Origin: Candidatus Iainarchaeum sp.
GTDB lineage: Archaea > Iainarchaeota > Iainarchaeia > Iainarchaeales > CSSED10-239
Assembly: GCA_028700115.1 (NCBI GenBank)
Contig: JAQVTI010000008.1
Coordinates: 1-32,000 of the forward strand
DNA length: 32,000 nucleotides
Direction: 5' to 3'
The notes under the pieces are model-generated. The model saw only the letters and a program-made list of their open reading frames with translations. It was not told the DNA's origin and did no database searches. Made by a program: the position numbers and the translations under genes. Numbering within the stretch: position 1 is the stretch's first letter; each line of letters starts with the position of its first letter. Positions 10,721 through 18,314 of the stretch are shown here, one piece after another.

Positions 10721-11173
10721 TTATCTAACAATAAAGTATACCTTTCTTCCAGCTTGAACCTTTTTTAAGTATTTATCTTTGACTAGTTTATTTAGTCTCT
10801 GTGAAGCAGCGTTTGAAGCTTTATAATTAAAAGCTAACTGAACCATGCTTGCATCCACTTTTCCTTTCTCTCTAATAAAAGAGATTATCTTGTCATCAAC
10901 TTCTGGTAAAATATTAATTTCATCAGAATTATTTTCTTTGTCTTGCTTGTTTTTTAGAAGAAACTGTAATTTGTCATATTTTTCTTGCATATCTTCTAAA
11001 ATCTTATTTGTTTTTTTTCTCTCTTCTAATAGTTGATGCATGATAACAGAAAGAATCAATGGATCATTAAACTTCTCTTGGATTTGAATAATAGCATCCA
11101 AACCCAGCTCTTTACTCTTATCTTTTAAAAGAAGATCTAAGACTTCTTTTTTTGTAGTATCATTTTGTATCAT
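10721..11173 (-). CDS. Winged-helix/HTH-like regulator with N-terminal coiled coil
   Basis: C-terminal VDDKIISFIREKGKVDASMVQLAFNYKASNAASQRLNKLVKDKYLKKVQAGRKVYFIV looks like a wHTH fold; the preceding segment is coiled-coil-like. Confidence 0.6.
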   Translation of the reverse strand: MIQNDTTKKEVLDLLLKDKSKELGLDAIIQIQEKFNDPLILSVIMHQLLEERKKTNKILEDMQEKYDKLQFLLKNKQDKENNSDEINILPEVDDKIISFIREKGKVDASMVQLAFNYKASNAASQRLNKLVKDKYLKKVQAGRKVYFIVR

Positions 11174-11347
11174 AATATATCATGATAGTGTCATGAAAGG
11201 TTTAAAAGAGGTTCGTTTTAATTTTCCAAAAGAAATAGGGTTTTTGGTTTTGTTTCCAAACTAAAATTTTATAGGAAAATATACTTGGTTTTTTCCTAAA
11301 AATATATAATATATTATATATAATACATACAATTTATAAATCTTCCT

Positions 11348-12424
11348 TTAAAATATCCTAGATTCTCTTCTAAATAGCCTAAACCCATAAAATTTAGTTC
11401 TCTCAAATATACTTCTAGTAATTGAATCTATTTCATCAGGTTTTAATCTAGATCTTAAATCTGCTTCAATTAAACAAGAAGGATAAACATATTTAGGATT
11501 AAATGCAGAAACAGAAGAAATGTTTGAAGCAATAAAATCTGTATATTCTTTTAAAGATAAACCAAATTCCTTAAAATAAATAAATTCTAATCTCAAAGGA
11601 TAATCATCTTCTGAAAGCTTAAGATACATTACATATAAATTATCTGCAAATTCTTTAGGATAATCTTTTAGAATTGGATGTTCTTTATAACTATCTGTAT
11701 ATTTTATAACACAGGTTCTTTGGTTTTTCTTAAGTAGAGAAAAAACAAAAAAAGAATCATAAATTTCAGAAATATTATGTTTATTTAAAATTTTATTTTC
11801 TATAAATTTATAAAACAAATTAGCTCTGCTATCTTCAATACATCCTACAAGAAAAACGTTTTTATTTTTTGATAAATTATATAGATTATAAAATTTATCT
11901 AACAAATCATTATAACTTTTAAAAAGCTTAGAACCTTCTGTTGGTCTAGATATATATTGAGGGATAATTGAACCATCTAAAAGCATAAACTTAATTTCTT
12001 CATTTTCTATAATTTTAGAAGATAAAGAAACTTCTTTTTCTAATCTTAAAATAGAAGTATTCCACATCACTTCTTCTAGTTCAAGAGAAGAAGTTGTAAG
12101 ATATGGTTTTGCTAAGTTATATGAATTTGGATAATATATTGTTTTTTCTAGTTTAGAATCTTTATATCTAAAAACAGCTCCTGCTTCTTTAATAATTGTA
12201 ATATTTGCAAAATTAAATTGTTTGTTTACAAACCCAGAATCAGTTCCTGCAAATGAGAAGTTTTGATTTTTATTTACATCTATATTTTCAATAATGTTTT
12301 CTTCAAGATTATAAATATTTCTTTCTTTTGTAAAATCTGTTTTTTTTATATTTGAAACAATAGCGTTATTTTTTTCATAGCTAGAAACCATTTTTTTAAT
12401 AATCTCGTCCAAATTATCCTGCAT
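11348..12424 (-). CDS. nurA: NurA-domain nuclease (DNA end-resection partner of HerA)
   Basis: FAGTDSGFVNKQF and KFMLLDGSIIP resemble the two conserved acidic DG/DS motifs of NurA, plus C-terminal YPSCLIEADLRSR. GTGAT-TATA-ATG precedes ATG 12424; the track start at 12433 is the GTG of that motif. Confidence 0.65.
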   Translation of the reverse strand: MQDNLDEIIKKMVSSYEKNNAIVSNIKKTDFTKERNIYNLEENIIENIDVNKNQNFSFAGTDSGFVNKQFNFANITIIKEAGAVFRYKDSKLEKTIYYPNSYNLAKPYLTTSSLELEEVMWNTSILRLEKEVSLSSKIIENEEIKFMLLDGSIIPQYISRPTEGSKLFKSYNDLLDKFYNLYNLSKNKNVFLVGCIEDSRANLFYKFIENKILNKHNISEIYDSFFVFSLLKKNQRTCVIKYTDSYKEHPILKDYPKEFADNLYVMYLKLSEDDYPLRLEFIYFKEFGLSLKEYTDFIASNISSVSAFNPKYVYPSCLIEADLRSRLKPDEIDSITRSIFERTKFYGFRLFRRESRIF

Positions 12425-12429
12425 TATAA

Positions 12430-12567
12430 TCACTTATCTAAATCTAAACCAAGATTTTTTAATAATTGTTCATGAGTTATATAATTTCCTTTTTTAAAAT
12501 TTTCTCTAGCTTCTTTTAGTTCCTTATAAACATCAATTTTTTCTAAATAATTATTATCTTTACCCAT
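12430..12567 (-). CDS. Small 45-aa protein, antitoxin-like C-terminus
   Basis: Not in the ORF track (short). MGKDNNYLEKIDVYKELKEARENFKKGNYITHEQLLKNLGLDLDK. Preceded by GTGAT-TTTT-ATG and packed between htpX and nurA. Confidence 0.55.
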   Translation of the reverse strand: MGKDNNYLEKIDVYKELKEARENFKKGNYITHEQLLKNLGLDLDK

Positions 12568-12572
12568 AAAAA

Positions 12573-13484
12573 TCACATTTGTTCAAGTTTATTTATTCTA
12601 TCTTGAATAGGTGGATGTGTTGCAAATAAATTAGATATATTCTTACCTCTAAAAGGACTTGAAATATATAAATGAGCAGTTCCTTTTGTTGCACTTTTTA
12701 CTGGTTGACTAAATCCGCTTATCTTTCTTAAAGCATCTGCTAGACCTTTTGGGTTTCTTGTAATTTTTGCACCAGAGGCATCTGCTAAATATTCTCTTTT
12801 TCTAGAAATTGTCATCTGTATCATTGCAGCAACAATTGGTGAAAGAATAATAAAAAAGATAGCAACTATTAATAAAATAATATTACCATTTCCTTTTGAA
12901 TCTCTACTTCCAGAAGCTCCTCCAAAAATTAAACTTCTTAAGGCAATATCTGAAATAATAGAAATTAAACCAAACAAAACAGTTACAATTGTCATAACCT
13001 TAATATCTCTGTTTTTTATATGTGAAAGTTCATGTGCTAAAACACCTTCAAGCTCTTCTCTATTTAATATTTCTAATATACCAGAAGTTACAGCAATTGA
13101 AGAATGCTCTGGATCTCTTCCTGTTGCAAATGCATTTGGTGAAGGATCATTTATTATATATATTTTAGGTTTGGAAAGTCCAGAAGCCATAGCAAGACCT
13201 TCAACTGTATTATCTAAAAATCTATGTTTAGGAAATTTATCTGGTTCAATTGGTTTTGCTTTTGAAGTTGCAAGAACAATTTTATCTCCTGAATAATAAC
13301 TAACAAGTCCATAAACTATTGCAAAAATTCCTGCAATTATTAAAATCCCAAATCCAGTTTCTGCAAATATAAAATGCAGAGCTACTCCAATTAATCCAAT
13401 GAATACAAAAAATGCAAAAAATAATAAAAATGTTTTAAAATTATTTCTTCTGATTTCAGCATAAAAAGATTTATCATAATTCAT
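12573..13484 (-). CDS. htpX: Protease HtpX homolog (M48 membrane metalloprotease)
   Basis: Zinc motif HELSHIKNRD, N-terminal TM pair, SGLSKPKIYII, NAFATGRDPEHSSIAVTSG, and RKREYLADASGAKITRNP. Confidence 0.93.
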   Translation of the reverse strand: MNYDKSFYAEIRRNNFKTFLLFFAFFVFIGLIGVALHFIFAETGFGILIIAGIFAIVYGLVSYYSGDKIVLATSKAKPIEPDKFPKHRFLDNTVEGLAMASGLSKPKIYIINDPSPNAFATGRDPEHSSIAVTSGILEILNREELEGVLAHELSHIKNRDIKVMTIVTVLFGLISIISDIALRSLIFGGASGSRDSKGNGNIILLIVAIFFIILSPIVAAMIQMTISRKREYLADASGAKITRNPKGLADALRKISGFSQPVKSATKGTAHLYISSPFRGKNISNLFATHPPIQDRINKLEQM

Positions 13485-13607
13485 AGATATTCACATTATA
13501 ATATATAATATAGAAAAAGAAACAAAGAATATAAAAATAGATTTATTTAATTAAAAATAAAAAAGAAAAAAAGAAAAAGGAGATTTTTTTGTTTTAAAAA
13601 AATCTAA

Positions 13608-14915
13608 CTATACATGTGAAATTATATTTATATAAATTGAATCTGAAGCTGAATCAATTTGTCCAACAGAATTTTCAAAAACTACAGATCTAAAAATATG
13701 ACATTCACCTAATCCACCACAATCAGAAGCAGCTATAACTATATTACCACAACTATCACTTACAATTGAATTATTTACCATCCATTTACAACTGTTAGTA
13801 GAAACCCCATTATTAGGATTAATTGTAGATTGTAAATCAATAGAATAATTATTTTCTAAAAAATCAGATCCAGTACTAGGAGAAGTAATATTTACAGTTC
13901 CAAGAGGTGTTGGATAATTTTGAGAATTACTCCAAACTAAACAATCACAACCAGAATCATATTCTAAAGTAGCACCATCTGTAGGATAATCCCCATCTCT
14001 ATTATAAACAGCTAATTTTTGAACAGAAACAGCACCGTCTTGAATTTTATTTATATTTACAGCATTATCTTGAATTTTATTTGCATCTATAACACCATTT
14101 CTTAATTTATCAATTGTAATTGCACCATCATCAATTTGATCTGTATAAACTGCATCATTATCAATCTTATCTCTAGTTATTTGTTCATCAGCAATCATAC
14201 TAGTAACAATACCATTATCTTTTACAGAAATTTGATTTATACAAGGTATACTACCACACATTTGAACAATATCAATTCCTTGACCTGCATCTAAAGCTAT
14301 ATCCCCAGATCCACTTGCTTGATCAACACATGCTAAATATAAAGAGTTATCTTCATTATTTTTTAAAACACCTAAAACTTGTCCATCAGAACAATCTAAA
14401 TATTCTGTTTCTAAATCATATAAACCAATTGTATTATTTATAATTTGATTAGAACCTACAGAATTTGTAGTAAGATTACCATTATTAATAACTCTACCAT
14501 CAACCTTATCAGCAACTAATTCTACTGACCCACTATCATCATAATTTGGGTTTGGAAGAATTAAAGTTATATCAACTAAAATACTTGAATTTTCAGTATT
14601 AAAAATTTTAACATATAATGATATAGTTTCACCGTTACCAGTAACATCATCAGTAATAGGACCTATATAAAAACCATTAGTTAAAATATTACTAACCTCT
14701 TGAGAACTTAAACTATTATTTGTAGAACCATTATAAGAATATAATGAGTCATTATTTATTTTATAAGCTATATCAAGTCCATTAGAAACAGAACTTTCAA
14801 AAACATAATCACCAGTTACTTTCATTGTTACAGGAACATCAAATGCAAATAGATTTCCTGTAAAAAATAAACTTAAAAATAAAAAGCTAAACGCTATTAT
14901 TAAATTTTTTTTCAC
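13608..14915 (-). CDS. Secreted protein with tandem 'D.AI..DKI.DGAV' repeats
   Basis: Signal peptide MKKNLIIAFSFLFLSLFFTGNLFA. Repeat block QITRDKIDNDAVYTDQIDDGAITIDKLRNGVIDANKIQDNAVNINKIQDGAVSVQKL. Preceded by GGTGAT then a GTG start. Confidence 0.7.
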   Translation of the reverse strand: MKKNLIIAFSFLFLSLFFTGNLFAFDVPVTMKVTGDYVFESSVSNGLDIAYKINNDSLYSYNGSTNNSLSSQEVSNILTNGFYIGPITDDVTGNGETISLYVKIFNTENSSILVDITLILPNPNYDDSGSVELVADKVDGRVINNGNLTTNSVGSNQIINNTIGLYDLETEYLDCSDGQVLGVLKNNEDNSLYLACVDQASGSGDIALDAGQGIDIVQMCGSIPCINQISVKDNGIVTSMIADEQITRDKIDNDAVYTDQIDDGAITIDKLRNGVIDANKIQDNAVNINKIQDGAVSVQKLAVYNRDGDYPTDGATLEYDSGCDCLVWSNSQNYPTPLGTVNITSPSTGSDFLENNYSIDLQSTINPNNGVSTNSCKWMVNNSIVSDSCGNIVIAASDCGGLGECHIFRSVVFENSVGQIDSASDSIYINIISHV

Positions 14916-15144
14916 TAAATCACCTTTTTCTTAAATTTTATAAAAATTATTCTTATTAAAATTATTTTTAATAAAATTATTAATTTTATTTTTTTAAAAT
15001 AATTTTGTTAATAAATTTATTTATATTATAAAATATAATAAATATAATTATATATATTATAAAAATATTTATAAAGGTTTCACACATAATATTTCTTAAT
15101 AATTTTTAAAAAATTACATTAAATAAATTAAATGTGAAATAAAA

Positions 15145-15849
15145 ATGGATGAATTAAATAAAATAAAAATTAAAAATGGAAGAATTGTTACTTCAGATAG
15201 TAATAAAAAATTTAAAAAATTAAATATGATTTTAATAATATCTATAGTTATAATAATAATATTAATTACAGCTATATATATTATAAAAGTAAATAAAATT
15301 GATGTAGATACACTTTGTGGAAATGGAACTTGTGATATACAAGCAGGAGAAAACAACATAAATTGCCCTTCTGATTGTAAAATAGATACTACAAATAATA
15401 ACACAAATAACAATCCACAAGATACAACAAACACAAATGATCAAAACTTAGAACAAACAACTTGTGGAAATGGAACTTGTGATAATAAAGAAACTCCTAT
15501 GAATTGTCCAGAAGATTGTATTGTCCCAACAAAACCTACTTGTGGGGATGGAATCTGTAATGGAGAAGAAAATTGTGCTTCTTGTGAAACTGATTGTGGA
15601 GCTTGCCAAGAAGAAGAACAAACAACTTGTGGAGACGGAATTTGTAACGGAGAAGAAAATTGTTCAACTTGTGAAACTGATTGTGGAGCTTGCCAAGAAA
15701 AAGAACAAACAACTTGTGGAGACGGAATCTGTAACGGAGAAGAAACATGTTCATCTTGTGAAACAGATTGTGGAGCTTGTGGAAATTTAGCTCCTAAAAT
15801 TGGAAACACTTGTGGAATTTGTTTAGAAGCATCAACTTCTATACTTTAA
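15145..15849 (+). CDS. Membrane-anchored Cys-rich repeat protein (CGxGxCxxxEx..C.xDC modules)
   Basis: One TM (LNMILIISIVIIIILITAIYII), then five CG(N/D)G(T/I)C...C..DC modules. Confidence 0.75.
   Translation: MDELNKIKIKNGRIVTSDSNKKFKKLNMILIISIVIIIILITAIYIIKVNKIDVDTLCGNGTCDIQAGENNINCPSDCKIDTTNNNTNNNPQDTTNTNDQNLEQTTCGNGTCDNKETPMNCPEDCIVPTKPTCGDGICNGEENCASCETDCGACQEEEQTTCGDGICNGEENCSTCETDCGACQEKEQTTCGDGICNGEETCSSCETDCGACGNLAPKIGNTCGICLEASTSIL
15541..15780 (+). repeat. 87-bp tandem repeat inside the Cys-rich CDS
   Basis: Units start at tgtgggga 15541, tgtggaga 15628 and tgtggaga 15715 (period 87 bp = 29 codons) and are nearly identical at DNA level; the third is partial. Confidence 0.85.
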
Positions 15850-15888
15850 AATAGTTTTTTTAAAAACTATTTTTTTCTTTTTCTTTTT

Positions 15889-16887
15889 TTATATAAAATC
15901 TAATAAACTTTTTTGATTAATCTCAGAAATAGGTTTTGCAACAATTCCTAGTTCATTATTTATATTTCTTGCAAATTCTTTTGAAAAACCATGCATTGTA
16001 TAAACTATTTTAGGATTTACTTTATCTACAAAGTCAATTAAAGATTTATAATCACTATGATCAGATATATGAACTAATCTAGATCCTCTTGAAAAATTCC
16101 AACCAGTCATAATATAAGATGAAACAGGTTTTCTTAATTGTAATCTTAATGAATTTAAAAAATCTTTATTTATTAAAGATAAAGGCATAATTAAAATATT
16201 TGAAAAATAAATATTATGATCTAATAATTTATATTTTAGATTTTTACCATACTTATTATAAATTTCAGAAAATTTAAAAGTTGTAGAATCAACTAAAGGC
16301 ACAACTCCTAAATATTGATTTATAAAAGAAATAATTTCTTGGTTTTTTCCTAAGGAATAACCTCCTAAAACAATAAATTTCCCATCATCTAAATCTTTCT
16401 TAATATCATTTGATAAGGTATAATATAAACTTCCTCTTTCTTTAAAATCAAAAATCTTTTTTCCAAAAGTACTTTCAATAAATAAAATATCTGAATAAAC
16501 TGGTTTTGCAGATTTAGATGTTAATGAAGGATTTGAATTAAAATCAGAAGTATACAAAATAGATTTATTTTCAATATCAAACTTAAACATACAACTTCCT
16601 AGAATATGCCCAGAATCTAAGGGTGTTAATTTAATATTTTTAGTTAAATCTATTTGTTTATTTATTTCTAAATCTCTGAAATAGAATTTAGGATTAGGCA
16701 AAATACTAATTAAAAGTTCTTGAGTTTCTTTAGTTGTATAAGTTGTTTTTGAAAGATTACAAAAATGATCTGTATGCGCATGTGAAACTAATGCAATTGA
16801 GTTATTAATTGAATTTCTAGTAGGGTCTATACATATATTTAAGCCTTCATCTTCAATTATTAAAAAATTAGAATATTTAAATTGCAT
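15889..16887 (-). CDS. Metallo-beta-lactamase-fold exonuclease/mRNA-processing-like protein (beta-CASP type)
   Basis: VSHAHTDHFCNL, LDSGHILGSCMF, YTSDFN, FIESTFG, ISDHSDYKSLIDFV and C-terminal VYTMHGFSKEFA. Confidence 0.8.
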   Translation of the reverse strand: MQFKYSNFLIIEDEGLNICIDPTRNSINNSIALVSHAHTDHFCNLSKTTYTTKETQELLISILPNPKFYFRDLEINKQIDLTKNIKLTPLDSGHILGSCMFKFDIENKSILYTSDFNSNPSLTSKSAKPVYSDILFIESTFGKKIFDFKERGSLYYTLSNDIKKDLDDGKFIVLGGYSLGKNQEIISFINQYLGVVPLVDSTTFKFSEIYNKYGKNLKYKLLDHNIYFSNILIMPLSLINKDFLNSLRLQLRKPVSSYIMTGWNFSRGSRLVHISDHSDYKSLIDFVDKVNPKIVYTMHGFSKEFARNINNELGIVAKPISEINQKSLLDFI

Positions 16888-16962
16888 TTTAATCTATCTA
16901 TTTATTTATAAAAGTCTTTATAAATATTTATATTTATAAATATATATTAAAAACAAAATAAT

Positions 16963-17152
16963 GGGGATATAGGGTAGTCCGGTTAGCCTAACAGGCTCCA
17001 GATATTTTTTTAAATTTTTTTAAAAAAAATTTGGAACGCAAGATTATTTTTAAAAAAAATAAAATGATTGAAAAATTACAGGTCTGCTAAATTTAAATAA
17101 TTTAGAAAATAGGAGAGACCTGTTGACCTGGGTTCGAATCCCAGTGTCCCCA
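16963..17152 (+). tRNA. tRNA-Trp (anticodon CCA) with intron
   Basis: Acceptor GGGGATA/TGTCCCC; anticodon stem ACAGG (16991-16995)/CCTGT (17119-17123); anticodon CCA at 16998-17000; T arm CTGGG-TTCGAAT-CCCAG (17128-17144). Confidence 0.93.
17002..17117 (+). other. Archaeal BHB-type tRNA-Trp intron, 116 nt, at position 37/38
   Basis: Bulges AG|A (17000-17002) and AG|A (17116-17118) flank a 4-bp helix CTCC (16996-16999)/GGAG (17112-17115), with outer helices in the anticodon stem and in intron TATTTT (17003-17008)/AAAATA (17106-17111). Confidence 0.9.
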
Positions 17153-17214
17153 TATTCTTATTTTAAAATAAAAAAAATTAAATAATATAAATTATTTAAA
17201 AAAAATAAAAAAAA

Positions 17215-17769
17215 TTAGAAAGAAACTTTAATATTTTTCTTTTCTAATTCAGGTGCTTCAAAAAATTCTTTTGCATCAAAATTAAACATGTTTGCAATAA
17301 TATTTGATGGAAACATCTCAATCTTATTATTAAAAATCATTACAGAATCATTATAAAATTGTCTTGCAAAAGCAATTTTATTTTCAATACCAGAAAGTTC
17401 TTCTTGAAGCATTAAAAAATTTTGACTTGCTTTTAAATCAGGATAATTCTCAAAAGCAACTTTTAATTGACCTAAAGCATTTGTAAGTTCATTATTTGCT
17501 TTTACTTTTAATGCTTGATCTTTTGCATTCATTGCTTGTGATCTAAGTTCTGTAATTTTTTGAAAAGTTGAAGCTTCATGTTTCATATAACCTTTTACAG
17601 TCTCTATAAGATTTGGTAATAAATCATATCTTTTCTTTAACTGAACATCTATTTGACTCCAAGCATTCTTTACTCTATTTCTTAGTCTTATTAGCCCATT
17701 ATATACAGTTAAAATAATTATTAAAAATAAACCAATTAAAACTAATAAAACAATTAACCAAATAGCCAT
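17215..17769 (-). CDS. lemA: LemA family protein
   Basis: N-terminal TM then LRNRVKNAWSQIDVQLKKRYDLLPNLIETVKGYMKHEASTF. GGAGGT at 17777-17782 precedes ATG 17769; the track start at 17784 is TTG. Confidence 0.93.
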   Translation of the reverse strand: MAIWLIVLLVLIGLFLIIILTVYNGLIRLRNRVKNAWSQIDVQLKKRYDLLPNLIETVKGYMKHEASTFQKITELRSQAMNAKDQALKVKANNELTNALGQLKVAFENYPDLKASQNFLMLQEELSGIENKIAFARQFYNDSVMIFNNKIEMFPSNIIANMFNFDAKEFFEAPELEKKNIKVSF

Positions 17770-17866
17770 ATTATTGACCTCCAAAAATTTATAAAATTAA
17801 ATACATATATTAAAATATAATAGAAAGAAAAAGATTAAAAAGGATTGTATTATTTAATTAAAAAAA

Positions 17867-18094
17867 TTAAATAATAAATGATCTTTTTACAATACAATCT
17901 ATTGGACAATTTAAAGGATTCTCTCCAAGATCATAATCACAAGTTCCATTTCCACATAAATAATTTGAATTAACTATTGAAATTGTATCATTTATTTTTA
18001 TTTGATTATATGCTGATAAATCATTTACAAAAAAAATAACTGTAAATAAAAAAATACCCACAAATATATATACTAATAATCTATTTTGTTTCAT
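17867..18094 (-). CDS. Small membrane/secreted protein with one CGNGTCDYDLGENPLNCPIDC module
   Basis: TM plus a single Cys module like those at 15145-15849. GGTGA-ATATT-ATG precedes ATG 18094. Confidence 0.6.
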   Translation of the reverse strand: MKQNRLLVYIFVGIFLFTVIFFVNDLSAYNQIKINDTISIVNSNYLCGNGTCDYDLGENPLNCPIDCIVKRSFII

Positions 18095-18314
18095 AATATT
18101 CACCGTTTGCCATTTTTTAAAAAAGTATATTTAAGTTAAATTTTTTATTAAAAAAAAGTATTTTTTAAAAAATTTATTAGGATAGATATAAAGATACAAT
18201 TTATTTATATAAAGATGTATTTATTTTTCTAAAAATAAAAATAATAAAAATTAGATTAATGAATTCATTATAAATTAGAATAAATTAATCTAAACATAAA
18301 ATAAAAAAAGAAAA

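Noticed and set aside
10540-10731. 63-aa ORF rich in F/K/L
   Set aside because: Reads through the low-complexity A/T spacer; composition explained by poly-A/T runs.
10845-11036. 63-aa plus-strand ORF
   Set aside because: Antisense to the wHTH-like CDS, with no support.
15114-15809. Overlapping ORFs around the Cys-repeat gene (15114-15434, 15262-15444, 15441-15809, 15521-15790, 15536-15754)
   Set aside because: All are alternate-frame or antisense readings of the 87-bp repeat/TM gene, and the periodicity makes them artificially long.
17002-17117. Box C/D guide sRNA within the tRNA-Trp intron
   Set aside because: Only degenerate ATGATTG and CTGC are present, and no segment is well complementary to the anticodon loop around C34. 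Kept only as a hypothesis linked to the 8-nt complement.
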